NCBI GenBank assembly: GCA_002269645.1
Contig: NIVC01001510.1
Coordinates: forward strand, 124,001 to 188,000
Reading direction: 5' to 3'
Length of the DNA: 64,000 nt
From: Macrostomum lignano
Lineage: Eukaryota
Position numbers and translations under genes: made by a program. The notes beneath the pieces were generated by a model. The model had not been told where the DNA came from. It was given only the letters and a program-made list of their open reading frames with translations, and ran no database searches. How positions within the stretch are numbered: the stretch's first letter is position 1; every line of letters begins with the position of its first letter. Below, piece by piece: positions 37,501 through 50,841 of the stretch.

Positions 37501-38996
37501 CTCATCACTCTGCTCAGATGGTTAGCACACACACTCTAGTGAGCTCATCACTCTGCCCAGATGGTTAGCACACACACTCTAGTGAGCTCATCACTCTGCT
37601 CAGATGGTTAGCACACACACTCTAGTGAGCTCATCACTCTGCTCAGATGAAAAACACTAGTGAGCTTACAAGGACCACTAAAAACCTACGTTAAGTTCCT
37701 TTTTAAATCCTCTTAGTTATCCATCGTTTCGCCCCCCCCCACAGATAGCAGCAACGGCAACGGGCACAATCACGAAACCTCAGACGACCGAAGCTCATCC
37801 GAAAGCTCGGTTGATGATGATGACGAAGAAGACGAAAATCAAGGATACGGAGACAGCAACTCGGACTCATCCGGGTGCTCATGCTCGGACAGCTACTGTA
37901 GCGAATGCGCGGCCAAGGAGGCTGACATCGATGATGAAGCGGAAGGAACAGCGGCTGCGCCTGGGCAAATCCGGGCTCCAATCACCGCTATTGGGCGCTT
38001 CGGTGGGTAGAAGAGGGAAATTACGAGCTAGATGCCACGGACAAAATCGGCACCAGGAAATTAAGGCTAGCAAAATAGCGACTTGCCAAGTGGCTTTATT
38101 TTTCTGACCCTGTTCAGAATCTGATGACTAGAATCTTGTTCATAACCCATAAATTATTTGGATGGAATACATCCTCTGCTAAATAAGAAGATAAAGTACA
38201 TGTACAATAACATAATTTTTAGGAGAAAAGCTGTGATATATTGTAGCATTTCTTTGGCCTATTACCATACTTTAGCGTTCACTAGTAAATTTTCAAAGAA
38301 ACTGTCACAAGGAAAGAGATAGCGGGTGGGGGTGGGGGCAATCAAGCACAAAATTCGAGAGACAGTGAACTGGGCTGGGATTAGCTGGCCAATGGTGAGC
38401 GGGGAGGGAGAACTGCATGTGACAGACAGCGGGGTGGGGGTTAGCTGGACCAATAGTGAGCGGGGAGGGAGAGAGCTGCTTGTGAGAGACAGTAGGGTGG
38501 GTGAGGGAGTAGCTGGACCAATAGTGAGCGGGGAGGGAGAGAGCTGCTTGTGAGAGACAGTAGGGTGGGTGAGGGAGTAGCTGGGCCAATGGTGAGCGGG
38601 GAGGGAGAGAGCTGCACGTGAGAGACAGGGGGTTGGGGGTTAGCTGGACCAATAGTGAGCGGGGAGGGAGAGAGCTGCACGTGAGAGACAGGGGGTCGGG
38701 GGGTTAGCTGGACCAATAGTGAGCAGGGAGGGTTAGAGAGAGAGCTTAATAAAGAGCCCTTCAAAATGGTTTGAAAGCATCAGATCCGCATTTCACCGAC
38801 TTCAGCAGCTGACGACCCGGTAGATGTACACGAAGCAGACCTTGCTGAGTTCGGTCAGTCCACGGAGCAGCTGCTGCAGCGGCTCCGCATGACTAGCACG
38901 GTCGTTCCACCGCCGCCGCCACCGCCGCCGCCACCGCAGCAGCCGCTACAGCAGCACCAAGACGACGAATCAACAGAGCGAGAGAATTTGCTTTGA
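34538..38996 (+). CDS. Uncharacterised 267-aa protein: degenerate ParB/sulfiredoxin-like N-terminal domain, acidic Cys-containing linker and poly-Pro tail
   Basis: Exons 34538-34892, 37745-38002 and 38806-38996 are phase-consistent (1,1). N-terminal LYPSEVRF...YPKLQVVQLGGVWYALNSLQLAICRQLQRAGHCRRIRV resembles the invertebrate LxPxxIxFSQ...IxV....GxWYxxDNRRLxxxxxL family. Confidence 0.65.
34965..35085. repeat. 21-bp minisatellite (gtagatcgagtctgtcagtat)
   Basis: ~6 copies in intron 1 of the 34538 gene. Confidence 0.9.
35555..37660. repeat. ~41-bp minisatellite (ctctagtgagctcatcactctgctcagatggttagcacaca)
   Basis: ~50 copies with 37-43-bp length variants, intronic. Confidence 0.97.
38375..38730. 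repeat. 63-68-bp tandem repeat
   Basis: ~5 copies of gctggaccaatagtgagcggggagggagagagctgc..., intronic. Confidence 0.88.
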
Positions 38997-39589
38997 CTCG
39001 AAGCGGTTCTTTCACGTTTCAAACGTATCACAACAGTGTGGCTGCTTATTTACTTGATTCATTGATTAAGATCTTTTTCTCACGGTTCGTTCTTTTGTGA
39101 ATCTCTTACCGGTTAAGAGGCCAGAAATCGTTACTGGCATTCGTGCACATTGAATCCTTTTAGTATTTGCCTGTATGTAACTGATGTCCACAAAAACTGC
39201 TAAAAACATGCTGTAAAAATCGGCAACTTCGGGACAATAACTAAAAAAGTTGATAAAAATGCAACAAGAAAATGCTCTCTTAGAAGCCAGAAAGTGCTAC
39301 CCATTTATTGGACAAGGCAAAGCACCTGTTTTTGGCTTCTACGACAGTCCGAAAAATTGCAAAGGTTCGAGAAAATTGCTTTCTTTTTTTCGTTTTTCAA
39401 AAGCTTCAGCAGCTGCTGTCTTGTTTGACAATAATATTGGACCAGAAACACAGTTGCTAACGGCTGTTGGAAAGCGCTGCGATTCTAACCGGCCATGTTC
39501 TTTGCCAAAAATTTTACTGCCTCGTAAACGAGTCAAAGTGCTGGATGCAGCATCAGTTTGGGCCTGTGTTGTTTGCAATTAAGACGCAT

Positions 39590-40878
39590 TAACTCTTCAT
39601 CACCCTCCTCTTCATCACCCTCCTCTTCATCACCCTCCTCTCCGTCACCCTCCTCTTCGTCACCCTCCTCTCCATCACCCTCCTCTCCATCACCCTCCTC
39701 TCCATCACCCTCCTCTCCATCACCCTCCTCTCCATCACCCTCCTCTTCATCACCCTCCTCTCCGTCACCCTCCTCTCCATCACCCTCCTCTCCGTCACCC
39801 TCCTCTCCATCACCCTCCTCTTCATCACCCTCCTCTCCATCACCCTCCTCTCCGTCACCCTCTCTTTATCACCCTCCTCTCCATCACCCTCCTCTCCATC
39901 ACCCTCCTCTCCATCACCCTCCTCTCCATCACCCTCCTCTCCATCTCCCTCCTCTCCGTCACCCTCTCTTTATCACCCTCCTCTCCATCACCCTCCTCTC
40001 CGTCACCCTCCTCTCCATCACCCTTCTCTTCATCACCCTCCTCTCCATCACCCTCCTCTCCATCACCCTCCTCTCCATCACTCTCCTCTTTATCACCCTC
40101 CTCTCCATCACCCTCCTCTTCATCACCCTCCTCTCCATCACCCTCCTCTCCATCTCCCTCCTCTCCGTCACCCTTCTCTTTATCACCCTCCTCTCCATCA
40201 CCCTCCTCTCCATCACCCTCCTCTCCATCACCCTCCTCTCCATCACCCTCCTCTTCATCACCCTCCTCTCCATCACCCTCCTCTTCATCACCCTCCTCTC
40301 CATAACCCTCCTCTCCATCTCCCTCCTCTCCGTCACCCTCCTCTTTATCACCCTCCTCTCCATCACCCTCCTCTCCGTCACCCTCCTCTTTATCACCCTC
40401 CTCTCCATCACCCTCCTCTTCATCACCCTCCTCTCCGTCACCCTCCTCTTTATCACCCTCCTCTCCATCACCCTCCTCTCCATCACCCTCTTCTTCATCA
40501 CCCTCCTCTCCATCACCCTCTTCTTCATCACCCTCCTCTCCATTACCCTCTTCTTCATCACCCTCCTCTCCATTACCCTCTTCTTCATCACCCTCCTCTC
40601 CATCACCCTCTTCTTCATCACCCTCCTCTCCATCACCCTCTTCTTCATCACCCTCCTCTCCATTACCCTCTTCTTCATCACCCTCCTCTCCATTACCCTC
40701 TTCTTCATCACCCTCCTCTCCATTACCCTCTTCTTCATCACCCTCCTCTCCATTACCCTCTTCTTCATCACCCTCCTCTCCATCACCCTCTTCTTCATCA
40801 CCCTCCTCTCCATTACCCTCTTCTTCATCACCCTCCTCTCCATTACCCTCTTCTTCATCACCCTCCTCTCCATTACCA
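39590..40878. repeat. 15-bp pyrimidine-rich minisatellite (catcaccctcctctc)
   Basis: ~85 copies between two convergent genes. Confidence 0.97.
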
Positions 40879-41747
40879 TAAGTTTAGTGTCACCCTTCTA
40901 TTTTACTCAAAACTTTTTTGAAAAATGAAGGTTACACAGGAAAATAATAAACGAATAATTACTGCAATCTGATTCGCGCGTATATTGCTATGATAAGCAT
41001 AATGAAAAATATTGATTAAACAGTGTCTAATGAATATAACAGTTAAAAATGTTCGTTTAATTTACGACAAAAAGTCTAAAAATGGCTATCATAACACTTC
41101 CTATATATAGCAACAGCAATAGGCCTATTGGGATAATAATTCTAAAAATAGCATTATACATTTATGACAAAAAATGGAACACAAATAAGCGCAAAAATAT
41201 TTTAAAATACACTACTAGCCGATATTGCTAAAAAGAAAAAATATACATGTATTATCAAAGGAAATTTATGCCACACTGTCTACTATCAATATCAATCAAG
41301 TAGTATTTAGCGAATAGTTAAAACAGAATAAATGAGAGTACAACGGAAGGTTAAACTGCTTTGGAGGGCATTGATGCCACAGAGAATGATACCCCGACTA
41401 GAGAATCGGCGGGAACATAAAGATAACATTATATAGTGCTTCATCATTTGTTCATAAAGTGTATCACTTGCATCCAGTGTTGGTATTCATTAATTATTTA
41501 AATTGTTTTACTTTTAAATTAAAAAAACTTTCTCAAAGCTCTTTGTTTTAATTAACACTCGGAATTTTATTTTGCTTTTTAATTCGCGCCAAACCCAGAA
41601 CGCCAATCCAATTATTTCAATTGATGTTTTCGAATAATATGAACCTTATCAGTGGCGTTGCGTCTTTTAAATAATTTCAATTTTGGCGCGAATTCAAATT
41701 TTCAAAACCGCGAGAACTGATCCTTGACCCACTCCGCAGCCAGCCGG

Positions 41748-44700
41748 TCACATGTCTCGAAATATTCCGATTCCGGCGAAAGTCTTTCGCAAATTTTTCA
41801 TTGTGTCCTCGGAGTCCTCGCCTGGCCGGCTGGCTCCGCCGCTTCGTCCGCTGCCGCCTGATGACGGCGACGCGGTGGCCGACATTTGCCGGGGCGGCGG
41901 AGGCGGCCTCTGCGGAGGAGGGCCCGGACTTGTCGAGGTTGCTGTTGGCGCCGCGGTTGTTGGCGCCGTTGTCAGAGCTTCCGGCTCAGCCGGAGCCGGA
42001 GGACCGTTGGCTGCCGCTGCGGTGGCTGAGGCGGCGGCTCGGTCCTTCTCCATCTCCTTCTCCTGCTGCAGCTGCTGCTGGTGCTGCGTCATGCGGGCCA
42101 GCACCACATCTGCAATGTGCCGTCTGTCCTCCTCCTGGGAGTCTCCGAGCAGTGGCATGTCGGAACCGGAGGCCTGGCATCCGGGTGGCATTTTGTGTCT
42201 AATGGTTTGTGTCTAATGGTTTGTGTCTAATGGTTTGTGTCTAATGGTTTGTGTCTAATGATTGGTGTCTAATGGTTTGTGTCTAATGGTTTGTGTCTAA
42301 TGGTTTGTGTCTAATGGTTGGTGTCTAATGGTTTGTATCTAATGGTTTGTGTCTAATGGTTTGTGTCTAATGGTTTGTGTCTAATGGTTTGTGTCTAATG
42401 ATTGGTGTCTAATGGTTTGTGTCTAATGATTGGTGTCTAATGGTTTGTGTCTAATGGTTTGTGTCTAATGGTTTGTGTCTAATGGTTTGTGTCTAATGGT
42501 TTGTGTCTAATGGTTTGTGTCTAATGATTGGTGTCTAATGGTTTGTGTCTAATGGTTTGTGTCTAATGGTTTGTGTCTAATGGTTGGTGTCTAATGGTTT
42601 GTGTCTAATGGTTTGTGTCTAATGGTTGGTGTCTAATGGTTTGTGTCTAATGGTTTGTGTCTAATGGTTTGTGTCTAATGGTTTGTGTCTAATGGTTTGT
42701 GTCTAATGGTTTGTGTCTAATGATTGGTGTCTAATGGTTTGTGTCTAATGGTTTGTGTCTAATGGTTTGTGTCTAATGGTTGGTGTCTAATGGTTTGTGT
42801 CCAATGGTTTGTGTCTAATGGTTTGTGTCTAATGGTTTGTGTCTAATGGTTTGTTTCTAATGGTTTGTATCTAATGGTTTGTGTCTAATGGTTTGTGTCA
42901 AATGATTGGTGTCTAATGGTTTGTGTCTAATGGTTTGTGTCTAATGGTTTGTGTCTAATGGTTTGTGTCTAATGGTTTGTGTCTAATGGTTTGTGTCTAA
43001 TGGTTTGTGTCCAATGGTTTGTGTCTAATGGTTTGTGTCTAATGGTTTGTGTCAAATGATTGGTGTCTAATGGTTTGTGTCTAATGGTTTGTGTCTAATG
43101 GTTTGTGTCTAATGGTTTGTGTCTAATGGTTTGTGTCTAATGGTTTGTGTCTAATGATTGGTGTCTAATGATTGGTGTCTAATGGTTTGTGTCTAATGGT
43201 TTGTGTCTAATGGTTTGTGTCTAATGGTTTGTATCTAATGATTGGTGTCTAATGATTGGTGTCTAATGGTTTGTGTCTAATGGTTTGTGTCTAATGGTTT
43301 GTGTCTAATGGTTTGTGTCTAACTTGTGCCCCCCGAGAACTAACTAGAATGTGCTCAGCCTCCTCACCCCGATGATGCGCACGGCGCCGCTCCTGAGCTG
43401 CACCGCCTCCAGCGCGCAGATGTCGGCACCGCTGAACAACCCCGATAGCTCGTCAAGCCATCGGCGGTATCTGAAAGCAGAAATTTTCACTTAGTTTTGC
43501 TGGCGTGTTCATGCGTGAGCACGTGTGCCACTCTGCTGAAGGACTCACTCTTCGGTCACTGGCAACTGCTCAAGCATAGCCGAGCCCGAGTTCACCTTCC
43601 AGCTGCCCGAGATGCTGCGTCTTCTTGGGAGTTTGAAAAATGGGGATTTTAAATAATTTGGATAAGCATATTAGCATCCTGGTTGTAACACTACTAAGCC
43701 ACGGGTTTATAGGCTTGCAGAATGTCCATCACTTATGATCTGAATGGTCATCACTCATGACTTGAATGACCATCACTCATGACTTGAATGTCCATCACTC
43801 ATGACTTTAATGTCCATCACTTATGACTTGAATATCCATCTCTCATGATCCGAATTTCCATCACTCAGAATCCGAATGTCCATCACTCATGACCTAAATG
43901 TCCATCACTCATGATCCGAATTTCCATCACTCAGAATCCGAATTTCCATCACTCAGAATCCGAATGTCCATCACTCATGACCTAAATGTCCATCACTCAT
44001 GATCTGAATGTCCATCACTCATGATCTGGATGTCCATCACTTATGACCTGAATGTCCATCACTCATGATCTGAATGTTCATCACTCATGATCTGGATGTC
44101 CATCACTTATGACCTGAATGTTCATCACTCATGATCTGGATGTCCATCACTTATGACCTGAATGTCCATCACTCATAACCTGAATGACCATCACTCATGA
44201 CCTAAATGTCCATCACTCATGACTTGAATGTCCATCACTCATGACTTTAATGTCCATCACTTATGACTTGAATATCCATCTCTCATGATCCGAATTTCCA
44301 TCACTCAGAATCCGAATGTCCATCACTCATGACCTAAATGTCCATCACTCATGACCTGAATGTCCATCACTCATGACCTGAATGTCCATCACTCATGACC
44401 TAAATGTCCATCACTCATGACCTGAATGTCCATCACTCATGACATGAATGTCCATCACTCAAGCAGCAACCCTGCCGCGCTCACAGAAATGCTTTGTAGT
44501 TGGCGCCGATTTTCTGCAACAGAATGTCGCAGCGGGCCTCCAGCAGACTTTCAGCTGTTGCGTAGGCATCTCCGGCGGGCAGCAGGGCCAGCAGGCTGCC
44601 CGCCTCTTGCAGCGCTTCCGGGTCGGCAGCGCGAAGCTTGGAAGAAGGGATTGGAAGGGGTGGCAGAGTAAGAGACCAGTTAAGAAACTGCTTCTAGTAG

Positions 44701-46764
44701 AAGATGCAGACAACTTTCCAGAGCTAATTAAAAATCCGGACACTTGAAACATCTGTGTAGAAGTAAAAATTATTTGCGCGCTTCTATTGGGAGTGCGCCC
44801 ACTGGATATGCGCGCATGTTTGGGGACCAGACTTTCGCTCCTCTGACAATGCGTTTCAACGTCAACGGTTTCAAAAATAATATTACTTCAATTGGTTCTT
44901 AACTTCTGCGAGCTCCCGCCCGCCGACGAAAGAAGCCGTGGGCAGAGCGTGGGCGTAGCGTTCCCGATTGGAAAAGAAAGCGCATGAATTCGAACAAAAA
45001 AACTGTGCGTCACATCCAATTTCGTGCGATCTTTGCGTGCATTTTATTGGCTTTTGGGGTTTGCCGCTGGTTGTTTTGTCTGGCAATGGTTCTTCTAGAA
45101 GAGCGGGAAAAATTGAGGAAATGAAAGCCGGTTGCGGAAGATAATCGGATTGGCCTGATTGGATTAGCAATTTTTCCTCTTGCGGCGCCGGGAGGCTGCG
45201 CTAGGAAATCGGATTAAAGCGGAGTTTAGCAGCATCAGCGATTCGAGATGGTGAGGCACAAATTTCTTCTTTTTTCAGCAGCAAATTTTCTTAACGCCTT
45301 TCACGCGGCCAAGGCTTCTTGACGAGTCGGAAAAAAGAAACTGGAACCCACCGTTATCAGTCTGAATAAAAATTCTCGAACTTGAATTTAGCGTAAGCAG
45401 TAGTTTTGAAAATGACTGATAGAGCTAGCAGGAGGCCTGTGGTTCAAAATCCAAATTCCACAGCTCTTCTGATCCCCGAGCGCAAACAACGCACCCTCAG
45501 TGCCCTGTGGGTTTGGCCCTTGTGGCTGTGAATGGCAGCATTTAATGCAAGAAAACTCAGGGCTCAGTGCTAAAACAATAGAATGGCAGCTGAAATGTCT
45601 ATGGCCGTTCATTTTTCACAAAATAGATTTTTACCATAGACAAGTTGTTTGAGGCTCTCAATGAGGGGGACAATTGACGCAGTTTGCGGGAACTTTTTCG
45701 ACTATAGACAAAAGTCTGCAACTAAAGTTAGGCTTTAGTCTAATTACATGGTCATAAACACTCCTGTGCATGTATGTGTGTGATTGTCATGGCACCGGGA
45801 CCTGGAAACAGCTCGTCGATGAAAGCAATGGCCGAACGAGGCTGCGCCCAGAGAGCAGCTGGGGTCAGATCGGTCGGAAAAGGGGGGCAGAGCTACAGCA
45901 ACGGCGTCAGAGCGGAGAGGTCGAAGATTCGAGTTTGGCCGCGTAGGTGCAGCCAGCCAGGGTAGTTAGTTCTTTGGCGCCGCCAGTTGAGAAGAAGCAC
46001 GCGATGTGCAGCTGGGGAGGGTGCAGGAGATCCAGTATTGGGAGGCGAATAGCTCAGAGTGAGCTCTTTCCGAAAGCACGGTGCATTCTGCATTCAGGGG
46101 TGCCCGACGGCAGAGCAGCTGTGGCACCCGGTGACAACGCGCAAAGCGGAATTTTGAAAGCGCTGAAGAAGCGATTAGCTGAAGTCGCTGATGAGCTGTG
46201 TTGGAGCGGACTTTGACGCTGATGGCTTTGGCATTCTCGTGGAAGGTCAAAGACGACACCGAGGATTTTGAGGAAACGCTCATAGCTTTTGCTTCCACTG
46301 CTGGAGCAGGACAAGATCTAATTGAAAATACAATGCCAATTAAAAAGTAACTCCTAGAAGCCCAAAAATTAGGGATTTTGGCTTCAGTTTTAATAGCTAC
46401 ATTGGCTCTGTAAGTTAGCTAGGTACTCTTTGCTTTAAAATTGCCAGATACGCAAATCAATTTTTTTATATTTCTGCCAAATTTTTATTGCTCAATCAAT
46501 TTTGTTGAGTATCTGCTAATTCAAAATTAATCTATTTCATAAGCCCCGTTTTGATTGCCAAACAGTTGGGAAATTGCTCCCCGCCGGATCAATTAAATAA
46601 AACAAATCATAAAAATGCGGAATCCCAATTAAAAGCCCACTCACCTTGCCAATTCCATTATGAGCGTGGCCAATTTTCAGCGCGATTGGAAATCCGCCGC
46701 CGCCCCCGCCGCCGGTGCCGTCCGCGCCCGCTACCGCCGATGCCGCAGACGGCGCCGCCGCCTG
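41748..46764 (-). CDS. Syn: Synapsin, 3' part (C-domain ATP-grasp half, linker and domain E); 5' exons not found in the window
   Basis: Exons in minus-strand order: 46645-46764 (FPIALKIGHAHNGIGK; acceptor uncertain by a few codons), 44485-44636 (...CDILLQKIGANYKAFL), 43549-43623 (RRSISGSWKVNSGSAMLEQ), 43368-43470 (YRRWLDEL..DICALE), 41748-42173 (MPLLGDSQEEDRRHIAD...DTMKNLRKTFAGIGIFRDM). Phases are consistent and intron positions match my recollection of vertebrate SYN genes. Confidence 0.93.
42195..43322. repeat. 14-bp minisatellite (ctaatggtttgtgt) filling the last synapsin intron
   Basis: ~80 copies. Confidence 0.97.
43720..44460. repeat. 22-bp minisatellite (tgtccatcactcatgacctgaa) in a synapsin intron
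   Basis: ~33 copies. Confidence 0.95.
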
Positions 46765-47349
46765 CTGCGGGGGCGGCAGTTCGGAGTTGGGGTAGGAGAA
46801 GGGACGAGGGGCTCAGTTGAAGTTTTCGAGACTTGGGGAAGATAGATTGAGGGGGAAGGGAGATACAGGAGAGACTGGGTGAGTGTAACCAAGGCCCGTT
46901 GGCAGGCACTGGGCGCGGCAGATTTATTAGTAACTAACTGAAGTGCCGGCCCAGCGCTCAGCCATGGAGTCCCAGAACCAGAACCTGGATTTGCCACTCA
47001 TCACATGATTTTCAGACCACCGCAGATTGACTGCGGCTTTTCTGTTTAGAAACAAAAGGCAGGCCCAGTCTCTGTGTTCTTTCTGTGTTTACTAAAGTTA
47101 TCATAACTTCGGTTTTGTTTAAACTATTTTTTAACGAACTTGGTCTCATTTTGAAGCTGAATAAATTCTCAGAAGTTAAGTGAAAAACCAAGAGGAAAAT
47201 ATAGAAAATTGTGACCGCGACAACCAGTGCAGTGGCAATTCCGCATTTACCGCTCTTTCCTGAGCACATGCTCGACTCATGAACACGCTCACACAGGGTG
47301 TACAGCAGCCCTGACTATCTAATCGTCAGGCATGTACACTGTCTGTGCC

Positions 47350-48090
47350 TTGGGGGTTGGCTCTCACGGCTGTGAATCGCATGACCTGGGGTCGTAACGC
47401 GATTCAGACACTAGAATCTAGCTCATAGACTACTGGGGTTGGCTCTCACGGCTGTGAATCGCATGACCTGGGGTCGTAACCCGATTCAGACACTGGAATC
47501 TAGCTCATAGACTACTGGGGTTGGCCCTCACGGCTGTGAATCGCATGACCTGGGGTCGTAACGCGATTCAGACACTGGAATCTAGCTCATAGACTACTGG
47601 GGTTGGCCCTCACGGCTGTGAATCGCATGACCTGGGGTCGTAACCCGATTCAGACACTGGAATCTAGCTCATAGACTACTGGGGTTGGCCCTCACGGCTG
47701 TGAATCGCATGACCTGGGGTCGTAACCCGATTCAGACACTGGAATCTAGCTCATAGACTACTGGGGTTGGCCCTCACGGCTGTGAATCGCATGACCTGGG
47801 GTCGTAACCCGATTCAGACACTGGAATCTAGCTCATAGACTACTGGGGTTGGCCCTCACGGCTGTGAATCGCATGACCTGGGGTCGTAACCCGATTCAGA
47901 CACTGGAATCTAGCTCATAGACTACTGGGGTTGGCCCTCACGGCTGTGAATCGCATGACCTGGGGTCGTAACCCGATTCAGACACTGGAATCTAGCTCAT
48001 AGACTACTGGGTTGGCCCTCACGGCTGTGAATCGCATGACCTGGGGTCGTAACGCGATTCAGACACTGGAATCTAGCTCATAGACTACTG
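47350..48090. repeat. 82-bp homogeneous tandem repeat with an internal hairpin
   Basis: ~9 copies of ggggttggccctcacggctgtgaatcgcatgacctggggtcgtaacccgattcagacactggaatctagctcatagactact. Confidence 0.97.
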
Positions 48091-48889
48091 CTCATTGTGC
48101 AATGATTTCTACTCCATCACGGAGAATTCATTCAGCTTTAAAATCAGACTTAATTCTACAAAGAAAAGCTTCAACTGAGTTTGTAGTTTGTGTTTTGTGT
48201 GCAAGCTAAAAAGCTGTTGGGCTGTTCGGGGAAGAGTTGGTTGCTGGGCCTCCATGGCTCAGCCCACTGTCCCATTGAAAATCGCAGCCCAGCACTGGCT
48301 GTGTAAACACGCTACCCCCTGCCCTAGTTGGCTATTCTATGGGGAAGCCGCGGATCCGCCCTAGCTTCAGCGAGATATTTTTGGCAAATTTCATCCATTT
48401 TGAGGGGGAGTGGGAGGGGGCGGGCTGGCAGGGTTAGTGCAAACGGCCTCCGTTTATACTCGTAATGAAACTTCAGGCAGGAAGGAGGGCTTGGACAGGG
48501 GACAGAGTCCAGAGACACAGAGAGAAGGAAGGCATTAGTCGTTAAGCACAACCAAAATAGAAATCGCCATTCCACTTATGAGCAAAATTTTTTTCAGCGT
48601 GAGGAAAATAACCGGTCAGTCGTGGGATGGCGAAATAGAAGAGCTGGAAATGATTATTTTGAGACTGGGATACCATTTCTATTGACAGACCCAATCGACG
48701 ACGCAATATCAATAGAAAGGGGTTCGCGCGCTGCTCTGCAACTTGCTGCTTCTATTTTTAGCATTTCAAGCTCGCCTGAGTTAAATCTTTGATTTTCGGC
48801 ATCTTTGAGACTATCTAACTTATTTCTTACCGTAGCTGACACAGTACTGAGACCCCTGACAATGCCTGGAGCCTGATACTTAGCAGTCC

Positions 48890-50212
48890 CTGACACAGTC
48901 TAGCGCATGTGTCTGATACAGTTTAGCAACCTCTGAGATAGTTTATCTCTCTTAACACAGTTCTTATCTCTCCTGACACAGTTTAGCATCCCTGACACAG
49001 TTTAGCATTCCTGACACAGTTTAGCATCCCTGACACAGTTTAGCATCCCTGACACAGTTTAGCATCCCTGACACAGTTTAGCATCCCTGACACAGTTTAG
49101 CATTCCTGACACAGTTTAGAATTCCTGACACAGTTTAGCATTCCTGACACAGTTTAGCATTCCTGACACTGTTTAGCATCCCTGACACAGTTTAGCATCC
49201 CTGACACAGTTTAGCATTTCTGACACAGTTTAGCATTCCTGACACAGTTTAGAATTCCTGACACAGTTTAGCAACCCTGACACAGTTTAGCAGCCCTGAA
49301 ACAGTTTAGCATTTCTGACACAGTTTAGCATTCCTGACACAGTTTAGAATTCCTGACGCAGTTTAGCATCCCTGACACAGTTTAGCATTCCTGACACAGT
49401 TTAGAATTCCTGACACAGTTTAGCAACCCTGACACAGTTTAGCAGCCCTGAAACAGTTTAGCATTTCTGACACAGTTTAGCATTCCTGACACAGTTTAGA
49501 ATTCCTGACACAGTTTAGCATCCCTGACACAGTTTAGCATTCTTGACACAGTTTAGAATTCCTGACACAGTTTAGCATCCCTGACACAGTTTAGCATCCC
49601 TGACACAGTTTAGCATTTCTGACACAGTTTAGCATCCCTGACACAGTTTAGCATTCCTGACACAGTTTAGCATTCCTGACACAGTTTAGCATTCCTGACA
49701 CAGTTTAGCATTCCTGACACAGTTTAGCATCCCTGACACAGTTTAGCATTTCTGACACAGTTTAGCATTTCTGACACAGTTTAGCATCCCTGACACAGTT
49801 TAGCATTCCTGACACAGTTTAGCATTCCTGACACAGTTTAGCATTCCTGACACAGTTTAGCATTCCTGACACAGTTTAGCATCCCTGACACAGTTTAGCA
49901 TTTCTGACACAGTTTAGCATTCCTGACACAGTTTAGCATCCCTGACACAGTTTAGCATTTCTGACACAGTTTAGCATCCCTGACACAGTTTAGCATTCCT
50001 GACACAGTTTAGCATTCCTGACACAGTTTAGCATTCCTGACACAGTTTAGCATTCCTGACACAGTTTAGCATCCCTGACACAGTTTAGCATTTCTGACAC
50101 AGTTTAGCATTCCTGACACAGTTTAGCATTCCTGACACAGTTTAGCATCCCTGACACAGTTTAGCATTTCTGACACAGTTTAGCATTCCTGACACAGTTT
50201 AGCAACCCTGAC
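48890..50212. repeat. 19-bp minisatellite (ctgacacagtttagcatcc), array 1
   Basis: ~68 copies. Confidence 0.97.
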
Positions 50213-50841
50213 ATAATATGCTTAAGCACAAATGCTATGCATACAAGTAGATTAATATCATAAAAACCATAAATAGTGCACAATTCGAGTCCTCAGATTT
50301 GCGTCGATCGGAAACAATTCGGAAGCAATTTTTTATTACTCAGTTTCACAGACCAAGAAGTATCTCGACTTCGCAAGCCCCATTCCCTGCCTTGGCGTGT
50401 TTTTTGACAAAAAGCTGCGGAAAAAATGGTCCCTCCGTCCTGCCAAAAACATCGATAGTGGGTGAAGGTGAAGGGGAACAGGGTAGTGGGTACAGAGCAT
50501 TTTACTGGTCTTTCTGGTTTCTCCCAACAGTGGCACTCGCCAAGTACGAGCTTATTGTTTTCAAGTTGTGATTGTTCTTTCTTTGCACTTTCAAGTTGTC
50601 TCAGGATTTTCTTTGGTTATTTTTAATGCAGTCAGACTTCGAAACGGCTGGAATCACAATCCAACTCTGGGGCTGTTTCACTCAGCCTCAATACTGTTAT
50701 CAGTGCACACTGGAGGTGGAATTTCTCCAGTCGACTAGTCCCAATGTTAAGCAACAGGATTACCATTATTCAGTTGTCAGTACGAACTACGAGTATTTTG
50801 TCTGTCTGCGTCACCATCAACAGAGGCAGGAAAGCCTCAAT

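Noticed and set aside
35555-37660. Possible satellite hammerhead ribozyme (GTGATGAG on the minus strand)
   Set aside because: No exact CUGANGA core, no GAAA and no three-stem layout. The other arrays I checked also lack the core.
39558-40928. 456-aa and 306-aa low-complexity ORFs (ITLLS / MERRV)
   Set aside because: Translations of the 15-bp repeat.
41581-41700. 13-bp inverted repeat aattcgcgccaaa / tttggcgcgaatt just 3' of synapsin
   Set aside because: Short and AT-flanked; at most a tiny MITE remnant with no further support.
45770-46320. GC-rich intronic stretch with several 60-110-aa ORFs, one containing VKVRS
   Set aside because: The true synapsin exon is 44485-44636. These ORFs have no compatible splice phase or recognisable domain.
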